From positions 1,056,001 through 1,120,000 of the forward strand of contig OY761158.1 of NCBI GenBank assembly GCA_963664405.1: a stretch of DNA of 64,000 nucleotides, read 5' to 3'. The translations under genes were made by a program, and so were the position numbers. Of this stretch, positions 19,314 to 28,628 are shown one piece after another (position 1 is the first letter of the stretch; every line of letters begins with the position of its first letter). The notes under the pieces were generated by a model. The model was not told the origin of the DNA. It searched no databases and saw nothing but the letters and a program-made list of their open reading frames with translations. Source of the DNA: Thermoanaerobaculia bacterium. Its GTDB lineage: Bacteria; Acidobacteriota; Thermoanaerobaculia; Multivoradales; Multivoraceae.

Positions 19314-19480
19314 CTAGACCAGCGTTTCCAAAGTCGCGCTACAATAGCTCGCGGTCATTCTGTTCGCTGGCAAGGCGCGCCGACGTAGGCATATTGGGGA
19401 ATATGTCGAGGAGGCGCAACGCCGCCAGCGGGGCAGAACGGGCCGAGATATGTAGCGCTACTTTGGAAACGCTGGTCTAG
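19314..19480 (+). mobile_element. 167-bp CTAG-bounded hairpin element (MITE-like), copy A
   Basis: 30-bp terminal inverted repeats with 1 mismatch (CTAGACCAGCGTTTCCAAAGT.GCGCTACA); inner stems and AAGGCG...CAACG core. Confidence 0.85.
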
Positions 19481-19524
19481 CCCCAGCCCGAACCTCGTCT
19501 CCCTCCGCTTCTACATGTTTCAGT

Positions 19525-19977
19525 ATGATGCAACGGACCCTGATGTTGATCCTCGTTCTCATCGGTGCGTTGATGATCGCTGTGACGGTCGTCCTCCACG
19601 CCGTTGGCACCACCGCCTGGGTGCGCCACCTGGTTCGACGACACGGCCGTTCAGACGGTTCCTGGCGGCCGGCGGCCATCTATTGGGTCATGATCTCGAC
19701 CGCCCTTGTGATGCTGCTACTGCACATTGCCGAGGTCGTGCTCTGGGCCACGGCCTATTGGACCTTTGTTCCCGATGAGTTGGAGAGCTTCGAAGAAGCG
19801 ACCTACTTCTCCTTTGTGACCTTTACCAGCCTCGGCTACGGCGACATCACGCTCAGCTCAAAGTGGCGGTTGCTCAGCGGTATCGAGGCTCTAAACGGGA
19901 TCTTGCTCGCGGGGTTCAGCACCGCGCTTCTCTTCGGGGTTCTGGCGCGCGCCTGGGACACCAAGAAAGAGGGATAG
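19525..19977 (+). CDS. Two-TM potassium channel-family protein
   Basis: YFSFVTFTSLGYGD selectivity filter. Confidence 0.85.
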   Translation: MMQRTLMLILVLIGALMIAVTVVLHAVGTTAWVRHLVRRHGRSDGSWRPAAIYWVMISTALVMLLLHIAEVVLWATAYWTFVPDELESFEEATYFSFVTFTSLGYGDITLSSKWRLLSGIEALNGILLAGFSTALLFGVLARAWDTKKEG

Positions 19978-20008
19978 CATGACCGCCCGAGAGTAGAGGA
20001 GCACGACC

Positions 20009-21094
20009 ATGACCGAGAACCGAACCACCGCCGACCCGCAGTTCCTGAACAACGCCATGACGTCGTTCATCCAGATCGGCAGTGTGCTGCTGCTACTGAG
20101 CTGGTGCTTCAGGATCATTTCCCCCTTCGTCAACGTAGTCGCCTGGGGTCTCATCATCTCGGTCGCCATCTACCCCTTGCACCTCAAGCTCGGCGGAGCT
20201 CTGGGCGGCCGCATGAAGACATCGGCCGCGATCATCGTCCTGATCGGACTGGCGAGTCTACTGATCCCGGCCTGGGCTGTGGCCGGCTCGACCGTCGACT
20301 CTCTCTCGAACGTCGTCGACGATCTCAAGGATGGGAGTGTCTCTGTGCCACCGCCATCGGAGAAGGTCAAGGACTGGCCAGTGTTGGGAGACCGTGCTTT
20401 CGAGCTATGGAGCGACGCAGCCACCAACCTACAAACAGTGCTGAATCGATTCAAAGAGCCGCTCATCGCCATCGGCGGACTGATATTTGGTTTGGTGGCA
20501 CACGGGGCGACCACCGTACTGCAATTCGTCCTCTCGATCCTGATTGCCGGTGCCTTCCTTCTCAATGCCGAGAATGGCTACAAAGCTACCTGCAGGGTCG
20601 CGAAACGTCTTGCCGGTGGAAAAGGTCAGGCACTCACCGACCTCAGTGTTGCGACCGTTCGCAGTGTTGCCAAGGGCGTACTCGGGGTCGCTATCATTCA
20701 GTGTGTCCTCGCACTGCTCTTGCTGATGCTCTGGAAAGTGCCGGCGGCCGGAGTCTGGGCCGGACTGGTGCTGGTCGTGGCCATTGTTCAGCTACCCCCG
20801 ATCGTGATCCTCGGACCGGTGGCGATCTACGTCTTCTCGACGGCTGAGCCACTCTCGGGGACGGTCTTTCTGGTCCTCGCGTTTGTCGTCAGCTTCTCCG
20901 ACACGGTTCTCAAGCCGCTCTTTCTCGGTCGCGGCATGGAAACGCCGATGCTGGTGATCCTCATCGGCGCCATCGGCGGCGCCATCGTCTCCGGCATCAT
21001 CGGCCTTTTCGTCGGCGCCATAATCCTCGCCCTGGGGTATGAGATTTTCAGGGCCTGGATCGAGCTCGACGAGCCCCCCGCGATGACGGACTAG
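20009..21094 (+). CDS. AI-2E family transporter
   Basis: Multi-TM; DTVLKPLFLGRG..PMLVILIGAIGG..GIIGLFVG. Confidence 0.9.
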   Translation: MTENRTTADPQFLNNAMTSFIQIGSVLLLLSWCFRIISPFVNVVAWGLIISVAIYPLHLKLGGALGGRMKTSAAIIVLIGLASLLIPAWAVAGSTVDSLSNVVDDLKDGSVSVPPPSEKVKDWPVLGDRAFELWSDAATNLQTVLNRFKEPLIAIGGLIFGLVAHGATTVLQFVLSILIAGAFLLNAENGYKATCRVAKRLAGGKGQALTDLSVATVRSVAKGVLGVAIIQCVLALLLLMLWKVPAAGVWAGLVLVVAIVQLPPIVILGPVAIYVFSTAEPLSGTVFLVLAFVVSFSDTVLKPLFLGRGMETPMLVILIGAIGGAIVSGIIGLFVGAIILALGYEIFRAWIELDEPPAMTD

Positions 21095-21146
21095 TTAGAG
21101 CCGATCCGAGAGAGACGAAGCCGGCGTTGAACAGAAGGATCGACGA

Positions 21147-22689
21147 GTGAGATCGACGGTCGTCGCCCTCTCTGTCTTGGCCCTGACCGCCTGCGCGACG
21201 GTGGGACCGGACTTCGTGTCGCCGACAGCAGACCTGAGCCCGGAGTGGCTCGAAGCGGACGCGGGATTCGAGGCCACTCCCGAGGAGCTCGTCGAGTGGT
21301 GGCGCATCTTCGAGGACCCGATTCTCGACAACCTCATCGATATTGCCCGCCGAGAGAACAACGACATCAAGATCGCCGGCCTGCGAGTCCTCGAGGCCCA
21401 GGCGCAGCTCGGGGTCGCCATCGGAGGGAAGTACCCCCAACAGCAATTCGTCGCCGCTGACGCCACCGCACTTCAATCGAGCGAGAACAACGCCAACACC
21501 GGCGGCGGCGGCGGCGACCTGGTCTTCACTCAGTACAACCTGGGTGCCGGCGTGGCATGGGAGATCGACTTCTGGGGCCGCTATCGCCGCGGCGTCGAGT
21601 CCGCCGACGCGAGCCTGCTGTCCTCGATCGCGACCTTCAACGATGCCCTGGTGCTCGTCACAGCTCTTGTCGCTGACATCTACACGGTCATCCGCACCAC
21701 CGAAGAGCAGCTTCACATCACCCAAGACAACGTGAGCTTGCAGCAACGAAGCTATGACATGGTCGAGGTGCTCTATCGGAACGGCGAGGCTTCCGAGCTC
21801 GATGCCCTCCAGGCACGCACTCTCCTTCTTGGCACGGAGGCGAGCATCCCGGCGCTCAAGATCACCCTGCGCCAGGCCAAGCACTCGCTCGCGACGCTCC
21901 TCGGTCGCTCCAATATGAATGTCGACGAGTTGCTCGGCGGCGACGGCCTGCTGCCGGAAGTGCCACCGCACATCGCCGTCGGCATCCCAGCCGACCTGCT
22001 GCGCCAACGACCGGACGTGCGCCAGGCAGAGGCAGGCGATGGCGCTCAACGCTTTGGTGGGTGTGGCGCAGGCCGATCTCTATCCCAGCTTCAGTCTCTT
22101 CGGATCCCTCGGCCTATCGGCCTCCGACGGCACCAGTAGCCGCCGTGGCGACGGCGGCTTCTTCAGCACCGACAGCCTGACCTACTCCGTGGGCCCTTCT
22201 TTCGTCTGGCCCTTCTTCAACTACGGCCGAATCCGCAACAACATCCGGGTCCAGGACGCACGTCTGCAGCAGGCACTGGTGAATTATGTCGAGACCGTAA
22301 ACCAGGGGGTCAGAGAGGTCGAGGACGCACTCGTTGCCTTCGAGGGTAGCGAAGACCAAGACCTGATCCTGAGGGAGGCCGTCGAGGTGGCCCAGCGCTC
22401 CGCCGACCTCTCTGTGCTGCGCTATACCGAGGGCTTCGCTGACTACCAGCGCGTCCTCGACTCCCAGCAGCGGCTGTTCTCTCAGCAGCAGCGCTTCGCT
22501 TCGAACCGTGGCGCGGCGATCAGAAGTCTGATTCTGCTCTATCGCGCCCTTGGGGGTGGCTGGCAGACGCGCACCGACGAGGATTTCGTCGACGAAGGTG
22601 CACGGCGCACCATGACGGAACGTACCAACTGGGGCGACCTCCTCGAGGAGAAAGAGCCGGACCCGCAAGATAGCCCCCAGGCCAAATGA
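21147..22689 (+). pseudogene. NodT/TolC efflux outer-membrane lipoprotein, frameshift near 22035
   Basis: Lipobox LTAC, WEIDFWG, PADLLRQRPDVRQAE continues in another frame with ADLYPSFSL...LYRALGGGW. Confidence 0.85.
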
Positions 22690-22715
22690 ACAACCTCTGA
22701 TCGACGGAAGACGAC

Positions 22716-23933
22716 ATGAGCGAAGAACAAAACGACGGTGCCGAGACTCCAACCGCGCAGGACTCGGAGGCTCCAACGAGCCCCAGCGACGAGGAACCCG
22801 GGACGGACACTTCGGGAGAGTCGGAGTCAGAGGCCCCCGCCGCCGCCAAAGAGACCAAAAAGCCAGCAGACCCGGTTCGACGATGGACCTTGCTCGTGCT
22901 CCTCCTTGCCGTCGTCCTACTCACCTGGTACGTCGCATCGGACCGCCTGACGCCTTTTACCTCCCAAGCCCGAGTCCACGCACTCGTCGTGCCCGTAGCC
23001 TCTGAGGTCTCCGGCACCATCATCGACGTCTCGGTCTCCAACAACCAAGCGGTCGAACCTGGGCAGGAGCTCTTTCGGATCGACACCAGCCGCTATCAAC
23101 TCGCCGTCGAGACCGCCGAGGCCAACCTGCAGAAGGCCCGTCAAACAACCGGCGCCTCGACAGAATCAGTCAACGCTGCGCCCGCCAATGTCGGTGCCGC
23201 CGAAGCGAGCCTCCACCGCGCGGAACAGGACGCTCTCCGAATGCGGCGTATCAAGGAGGAAGACGCCGGCGCGATCTCCGAGCGGCGCATTCAATCAGCC
23301 GAAGCAACCTGGGAGATCGCCAAGGCGCAAGTGGAAGCGGCCGAGGCCAATCTCAAAAAAGCGATCGCCGACCTCGGCTCGGCGGGAGAAGACAACGCAG
23401 CCATTCTCCAAGCCCAGGCGGCGCTAGACCAGGAGCAGGTCAATCTGGATCGTACGGTCATCGTTGCTCCGGCCCGCGGGGTCGTGACCGACGTACGCCT
23501 CGACCGCGGTAGCTTCGCTGCCGCCGGGGCACCGCAGCTCACCTTTGTGGCCACCCACGATCTGTGGATCCAGGCCGACTTCACCGAGAACAACCTCGGC
23601 CACATCAAACCAGGCAACACCGTCGAGATCGTTTTCGACGCTCTCCCGGGTAAAGTCTTTGCCGGGACGGTACGAAGCCAGGGGTACGGAGTCGAGGTGC
23701 AGTCGACTCCACTCGGGAGCCTCCCCACCGTCGACAACGACCGTAGCTGGCTGCGGACGGCGCAGCGCTTTCCAGTGCTCGTCGACTTCGAGGTCTCGGA
23801 CAGCGCCGAGCGCTCGGGGATGCGAATCGGTGCGCAAGCCTCGGTGCGGGTCTACGCCAGTGACAGCGAGCTCCTCAACAGCATCGGCCGTTTCTACATG
23901 AAGGCTCTCAGCTACATGACCTATGCCTACTGA
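22716..23933 (+). CDS. HlyD family membrane-fusion protein
   Basis: VASEVSG, IVAPARGVV, WIQADFTENNL, AQRFPV. Confidence 0.9.
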   Translation: MSEEQNDGAETPTAQDSEAPTSPSDEEPGTDTSGESESEAPAAAKETKKPADPVRRWTLLVLLLAVVLLTWYVASDRLTPFTSQARVHALVVPVASEVSGTIIDVSVSNNQAVEPGQELFRIDTSRYQLAVETAEANLQKARQTTGASTESVNAAPANVGAAEASLHRAEQDALRMRRIKEEDAGAISERRIQSAEATWEIAKAQVEAAEANLKKAIADLGSAGEDNAAILQAQAALDQEQVNLDRTVIVAPARGVVTDVRLDRGSFAAAGAPQLTFVATHDLWIQADFTENNLGHIKPGNTVEIVFDALPGKVFAGTVRSQGYGVEVQSTPLGSLPTVDNDRSWLRTAQRFPVLVDFEVSDSAERSGMRIGAQASVRVYASDSELLNSIGRFYMKALSYMTYAY

Positions 23934-25014
23934 GGTCGGCTTCGCGACGCTCATGTCGGCGCCGGCCACGGATCGGCGCAAGGACATCGCCAGCGTCCGT
24001 ATCCTTCGACTTGCCCTCGGCACCGGGCTCTGTCTTTGGTTCAGCCAGGCCTTCGCCTGGGATCTCTCTTTCGTCGCTCCGGTCTTCACCATGATGGTCC
24101 TTTCTCTACCCCTCCCGCCTCTGCCGCTGCAGGCGAATCTCAAGTTCGTCGTCGTCCTGATGCTGACGGCGTTTGCCGGGGTTGCGCTGCTCCCTCTGCT
24201 CATGCACGCCAGGGCGGCGGGCGTCCTAGTTCTGGCACTGGCGCTCTTCGCGAGCTTCTATTACACCGCTCGCGGCGGCTCGATGCTCGTCGGCACTTTC
24301 GCCACGGTCGGGCTCGGTCTTTCGACCGCCATCGGCTCGGTTTCGGTGGATGCTGTTTTCATCATCATCAAAGCTCTCTTCATTGCCTGCGTCGTCGGAT
24401 TGACCTTCGCGCGACTGGCCCACGCCTTCCTGCCAGACTCCTCGGCCAGGCCGCCAGCTCTGGCAGCGGCCGCAGCACCGCCCACTCCCCCGCCGCCTCT
24501 GTCTCTCAAAGCCGCTCGCAGTAGCGCTCTGCGCTCGCTTTGCATCGTACTGCCGATCTCGCTCTGGTTTTTGTTCTCCGCAGCCAGTGCCAGCTTCTTC
24601 GTCGTCATGATCAAGGTTGCGCAGATGGGCCAACAATCGTCGGTTGCCGACGCGCGGCAGGCGGCCAAGTCCTTTCTCGCTTCTACCCTCATCGGCGGCA
24701 TTGCAGCTACGATCGCCTGGCAGGTGCTCAGGATCTGGCCGAATGTGGTTCTCTACAGTCTGCTCGTCGCCCTGGCAGGCCTGGTGATGGGACCCAGAAT
24801 CTTCGCGGGTCGAGCCATGCACCCGATGGCCGCCACCTGGTCCTACGGCTACGTGACCATGCTCATCGTCTTAGCTCCGGCGGTGCTCGACAATTCGGGC
24901 GACGACGCCGGCTCCCTTTTCACCACTCGTCTGCTGATCTTTGTTGGAGCGACGATTTACGGAGTTGTCGCCGTCCGGGTCTACGACGCATTCCGCCCGC
25001 CGAGCGCAGGGTGA
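23923..25014 (+). CDS. DUF2955/FUSC-like inner-membrane protein
   Basis: RILRLALGT N-terminus, many TM segments, overlaps HlyD stop. Confidence 0.75.
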   Translation: MPTEVGFATLMSAPATDRRKDIASVRILRLALGTGLCLWFSQAFAWDLSFVAPVFTMMVLSLPLPPLPLQANLKFVVVLMLTAFAGVALLPLLMHARAAGVLVLALALFASFYYTARGGSMLVGTFATVGLGLSTAIGSVSVDAVFIIIKALFIACVVGLTFARLAHAFLPDSSARPPALAAAAAPPTPPPPLSLKAARSSALRSLCIVLPISLWFLFSAASASFFVVMIKVAQMGQQSSVADARQAAKSFLASTLIGGIAATIAWQVLRIWPNVVLYSLLVALAGLVMGPRIFAGRAMHPMAATWSYGYVTMLIVLAPAVLDNSGDDAGSLFTTRLLIFVGATIYGVVAVRVYDAFRPPSAG

Positions 25015-25045
25015 AGTCCCGGCGACCGAGCTCGCGCGCAGACCC

Positions 25046-25081
25046 AAAAAAAACGGGGAGAGATCTCCTGATCCCTCCCCG
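25046..25081 (-). terminator. Intrinsic terminator of the cysteine hydrolase gene
   Basis: Minus strand CGGGGAGGGATC-AGGA-GATCTCTCCCCG followed by T8. Confidence 0.8.
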
Positions 25082-25126
25082 CCGGACCTCAGTGCTTTCG
25101 CACCCGAGGCGCTAAGCTGAACGCCC

Positions 25127-25870
25127 TTAGGGTGCTGCCTTGATATTCGCGGTTGCTTCGGCCGTCGACCAAGTAGCGTTGGCGAGGAAGCGGAAATTGG
25201 TGAGCGCGGCGGCGTAGCCGTCGAGCTCAGGTGTCTGCGCAGCCGCTGTGGCATCGGTCACCACCGCAATCTCGAAGCCCTGCTCGAGAAGCTCGCGAAG
25301 ATGCGACTCGGTGCAGAGGTTTGCCGACATGCCACCGAGAATGACCTTGTCTATTCCGCGCTTGCGCAACTGCAGGACGAGGTCGTTGGTCTCAGGCCCG
25401 TAAACCTTGTGTGGGCTCACCACCACCGTCTTGCCGTCTTCGATCAAGGGCCGGTAGCGCTCGAGCCAGTCGGCGCCGGATCCCTTGAAGCCGTCCATGC
25501 TGAGAGCGCCGGTCCGATCAAACATGTTGACGGCATGCATCATGGTCTCGACCGCTCCACCGAACTTCCACCCGTCATCGGTCGGAAAGTAGTAATGGGG
25601 CGAAATGAAGACCGGGATGCCGACACTCTTCGCCGTCGTCATCAGACTCTCGATGTTCTCGACCGTCTTGTTAGCAGTCACACTAGCGCCGACCAGGCCC
25701 CAGGTTACGCCTTCGGGACTGAGAAAATCGTTCTGCGGATCGGTGATCACGACTGCCGTGTGTGCTCTGTCGACCGCCATACCGGGGTCGGGAAGCTGCG
25801 CGTGAGCACTCATTGCCACCACGAAGCCTCCGATGAGGGCCACGTTCCAAATTGTCCTTGTTCTTCTCAT
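25127..25870 (-). CDS. Isochorismatase-family cysteine hydrolase, secreted
   Basis: VITDPQNDF, PHKVYGP, GMSANLCTESH; AAGGAGG RBS; signal peptide. Confidence 0.88.
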   Translation of the reverse strand: MRRTRTIWNVALIGGFVVAMSAHAQLPDPGMAVDRAHTAVVITDPQNDFLSPEGVTWGLVGASVTANKTVENIESLMTTAKSVGIPVFISPHYYFPTDDGWKFGGAVETMMHAVNMFDRTGALSMDGFKGSGADWLERYRPLIEDGKTVVVSPHKVYGPETNDLVLQLRKRGIDKVILGGMSANLCTESHLRELLEQGFEIAVVTDATAAAQTPELDGYAAALTNFRFLANATWSTAEATANIKAAP

Positions 25871-25928
25871 CTCTTCTATCTCCTCCTTGAGGGTTTTCTG
25901 TCGCTTTCTGACGGCGACCGTTGCCGAC

Positions 25929-25957
25929 AACTAACTCTCACCGAATGCATGTGTCAA
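25929..25957 (-). promoter_or_regulatory. Candidate sigma70 promoter TTGACA-N17-TTAGTT
   Basis: Perfect -35, weak -10, upstream of the hydrolase. Confidence 0.35.
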
Positions 25958-25964
25958 GTGATCT

Positions 25965-26013
25965 CTAAAGTGGGTAGTGGCTCAGTTTCAAACTGAGCCA
26001 CTACCCTAAAGTG
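25965..26013. mobile_element. 33-bp TIR-only palindrome flanked by 8-bp direct repeat CTAAAGTG
   Basis: CTAAAGTG-GGTAGTGGCTCAGTTT-C-AAACTGAGCCACTACC-CTAAAGTG. Confidence 0.75.
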
Positions 26014-26070
26014 TGCTTTTTCGTCCAGACACGGTTGATCGCCGACTCCGGCGAAGATACGATCCCGCGA

Positions 26071-26979
26071 GTGCTACTCGACAAGCTTCTCTCGAGCCTG
26101 GATATCCATGTCGACCCCTTCTCTCTCTGCGAGGTGAGCCCTCACCTGAGACTCTCCCTCCCGGCAGCGGATCGGGTCATGCTCCACTTCGTGCTCAGCG
26201 GCTCAGGCATCCTTCGATCGGCCGCCGGAGCTGAGCAGCGGCTGCAGCGCTGCACTCTCGCCGTGGTGCCCAAAGGAGTGCAGCACTCGCTCGAGTCGAC
26301 AAAGGAGATTACGCAGGTATGCATCGTCGATCCAGAAGCGGAGATCATGCCGATCGCCCCAGTGATCTCCTCCGGATCGAAACATCCTCCCGAGATGATC
26401 GCCGCTTGTGGTCTGGTGAAAGTACGCTTCGGCACCGCGGTCGGATTGTTCGACGAGCTCAAAGATGTCCTGATCGAGGACCTCTCCGAGATCCCACAAG
26501 TGCGGTCCGCCTTCAAAGACATCCTCGCCGAACAATGCGACCCGGGGCCAGGTAGTGAGGCGATGAAGGCGGCTTTGATGAGTCAATGCCTCGTTTATCT
26601 ATTCCGTCGCATCTGCGAGACCGGCACCTGCTCTTTGCCGTGGCTGGCAGCCTTGGAAGACGAGCGCCTGGCCAGGGCGCTGGATCGAGTTCTGCTGAAT
26701 CCCGGAGCTCCACACACCGTAGAGTCCTTGGCCGAGGTCGCATCGATGAGCCGTTCGGCCTTTGCCGAAGCCTTCACCCACTCTTTCGGCCTACCCCCGA
26801 TGGGCATGGTGCGTCGGATCCGTTTGGAGCGGGCCTGGAAGCTCTTGGAGCAACAAGCTGGGTTGCCGATACGGACCGTCGCCAGAAGGGTGGGCTTCTC
26901 TAGCCGCAGCCACTTCTCCAGGCTCTTCAAGAGCCACTTCGGTGTCTCCCCCGGTGCGAGACAGGCGATGCTGAGCTGA
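26071..26979 (+). CDS. AraC family regulator with cupin domain
   Basis: HTVESLAEVASMSRSAFA, VARRVGFSSRSHFSRLFK; start uncertain (26011 or 26071). Confidence 0.9.
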   Translation: MLLDKLLSSLDIHVDPFSLCEVSPHLRLSLPAADRVMLHFVLSGSGILRSAAGAEQRLQRCTLAVVPKGVQHSLESTKEITQVCIVDPEAEIMPIAPVISSGSKHPPEMIAACGLVKVRFGTAVGLFDELKDVLIEDLSEIPQVRSAFKDILAEQCDPGPGSEAMKAALMSQCLVYLFRRICETGTCSLPWLAALEDERLARALDRVLLNPGAPHTVESLAEVASMSRSAFAEAFTHSFGLPPMGMVRRIRLERAWKLLEQQAGLPIRTVARRVGFSSRSHFSRLFKSHFGVSPGARQAMLS

Positions 26980-27001
26980 CGGTCTCGGAACCGAGTTCCT
27001 C

Positions 27002-28624
27002 TTGATGAACGACCACACCAAGAGCTCAGGCTCGCATACTCAGGAGCTCCTCTCCAAGGTCTCTCGTTACGAGGCCCTTTTCGAGCTCACAGGCGTGATC
27101 AACACAGCCGGCGACATCGACGCAGTCAGCGAGGTTCTGGCCCGCCGTCTCAAGTACGTTGCCGACGTGTACTCATGGCGCTACATCTGCTTCGACGGCG
27201 ATCCGCAGGACAGCGAAGGACCGGAGCCGACTGCCATCGTGGTCGACGGGTATCGAGGGAACGCGGTCGTCATGCACTCGGTCCCTGGCGCGCTCTCGGA
27301 TCTTGAAGTAGAACTGTGGAAGGACCACAAGACGCGCATACTCTCCGGCGAGTCGATGAGGGAGGCTTTAGAGCAACTCCCTTCTCATTTTCAGAAAGAC
27401 GATCTCGAGCAGATCTCGGCCAACACTCTAGTAGAGAGCGGTAAGACCCAAGCGCTCTATCTCTTTTGCAAACGGCGCCAGCCCTTCTCCGAGCTCGACA
27501 TCAAGTGCCTCAGCATGGTCTGCAGCTTCTTCCACCGCAAGCTCCACAGGCTTTGGGAACAACAAAAGCTACGAGACCTCGAGCTGGCCTACCTCCAGCA
27601 GGAAGTCTTGTTACGGCAGAGTGAGAGGCTCGCGACTCTGGGTCGGTTGAGCGCGGGCATGGCGCACGAGCTGAACAACCCGGCGGCGGCGGCGAGACAA
27701 GGCGCCGAGCAGCTCAGAACCTCGATTGCCCGGCTCGAGCGCGCTCAATTCGCCCTCGGCGCCGCCGGCCTCTCGAGCGAACAGCAGGAGCTGGTCGCAG
27801 CCCTCGAGCAAGAGGCAGAAGCACGGGTCAAGAAGCCGAGCTCACTCGACCCCATTGCTCGCAGCGATCTCGAGCAAGAGGTCGAAGACTGGCTCGAACA
27901 GAATGGTATAGAGGAGCCCTGGGAACATGCTTCGACGCTGGTGGACATGGGACTCTGCGGCGCCGAGCTTGGCGAGCTGACCAAGAGCTTCGAGCCCTCG
28001 CTCACGCCTGTGGTCGTCGCCTACTTCAGCACCACTTTCACCGCCCTCTCCCTTCTCGAGGAGATCGGGCACGGAGCCCGTCGTATCGCCGACATCGTCA
28101 AGGCCCTCAAGGGTTACTCCTATATGGATCAGGCCCCGCTACAGTCTGTCGACGTGCGCGAGGGACTCGATGACACTCTCGTCATGCTGAGCAGCAAGCT
28201 TCGAGACGGGATCAGTGTCGAGCTCGACTACGCAGAGGACCTGCCTCGCATTCAAGGCTACGGCAGCGAGCTCAACCAGGTCTGGACCAACCTCATCGAC
28301 AACGCGATCGGCGCCATGGACGGCAAAGGCGCACTCGAGCTCAAGGCCTACCGGGACGAAGACTGGGTCATCATCGAAGTTGCGGATACTGGGCCGGGGA
28401 TCGCGATCGAGGCACAAGGCAAGATCTTCGACCCCTTCTTCACCACCAAGGCCCCTGGCGAAGGCACCGGACTCGGTCTCAACATCAGTCACGGCATCAT
28501 CGTCGAGAAGCACCTGGGGCAGATCTCGGTCGACTCGAAACCGGGCGCGACGCGCTTCAGAGTCAAGCTTCCGATCACCATTTCGACCCCTTCCAACGAC
28601 ACTTCCTCAGCTGACACTTCATAG
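27002..28624 (+). CDS. Sensor histidine kinase with GAF-like N-terminus
   Basis: AHELNNP H-box, [30 protein letters not shown]. Confidence 0.92.
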   Translation: MMNDHTKSSGSHTQELLSKVSRYEALFELTGVINTAGDIDAVSEVLARRLKYVADVYSWRYICFDGDPQDSEGPEPTAIVVDGYRGNAVVMHSVPGALSDLEVELWKDHKTRILSGESMREALEQLPSHFQKDDLEQISANTLVESGKTQALYLFCKRRQPFSELDIKCLSMVCSFFHRKLHRLWEQQKLRDLELAYLQQEVLLRQSERLATLGRLSAGMAHELNNPAAAARQGAEQLRTSIARLERAQFALGAAGLSSEQQELVAALEQEAEARVKKPSSLDPIARSDLEQEVEDWLEQNGIEEPWEHASTLVDMGLCGAELGELTKSFEPSLTPVVVAYFSTTFTALSLLEEIGHGARRIADIVKALKGYSYMDQAPLQSVDVREGLDDTLVMLSSKLRDGISVELDYAEDLPRIQGYGSELNQVWTNLIDNAIGAMDGKGALELKAYRDEDWVIIEVADTGPGIAIEAQGKIFDPFFTTKAPGEGTGLGLNISHGIIVEKHLGQISVDSKPGATRFRVKLPITISTPSNDTSSADTS

Positions 28625-28628
28625 GACA

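Noticed and set aside
28215-28628. N-terminal extension of the 690-aa ORF
   Set aside because: Overlaps the kinase out of frame; the receiver domain begins at ATG 28629
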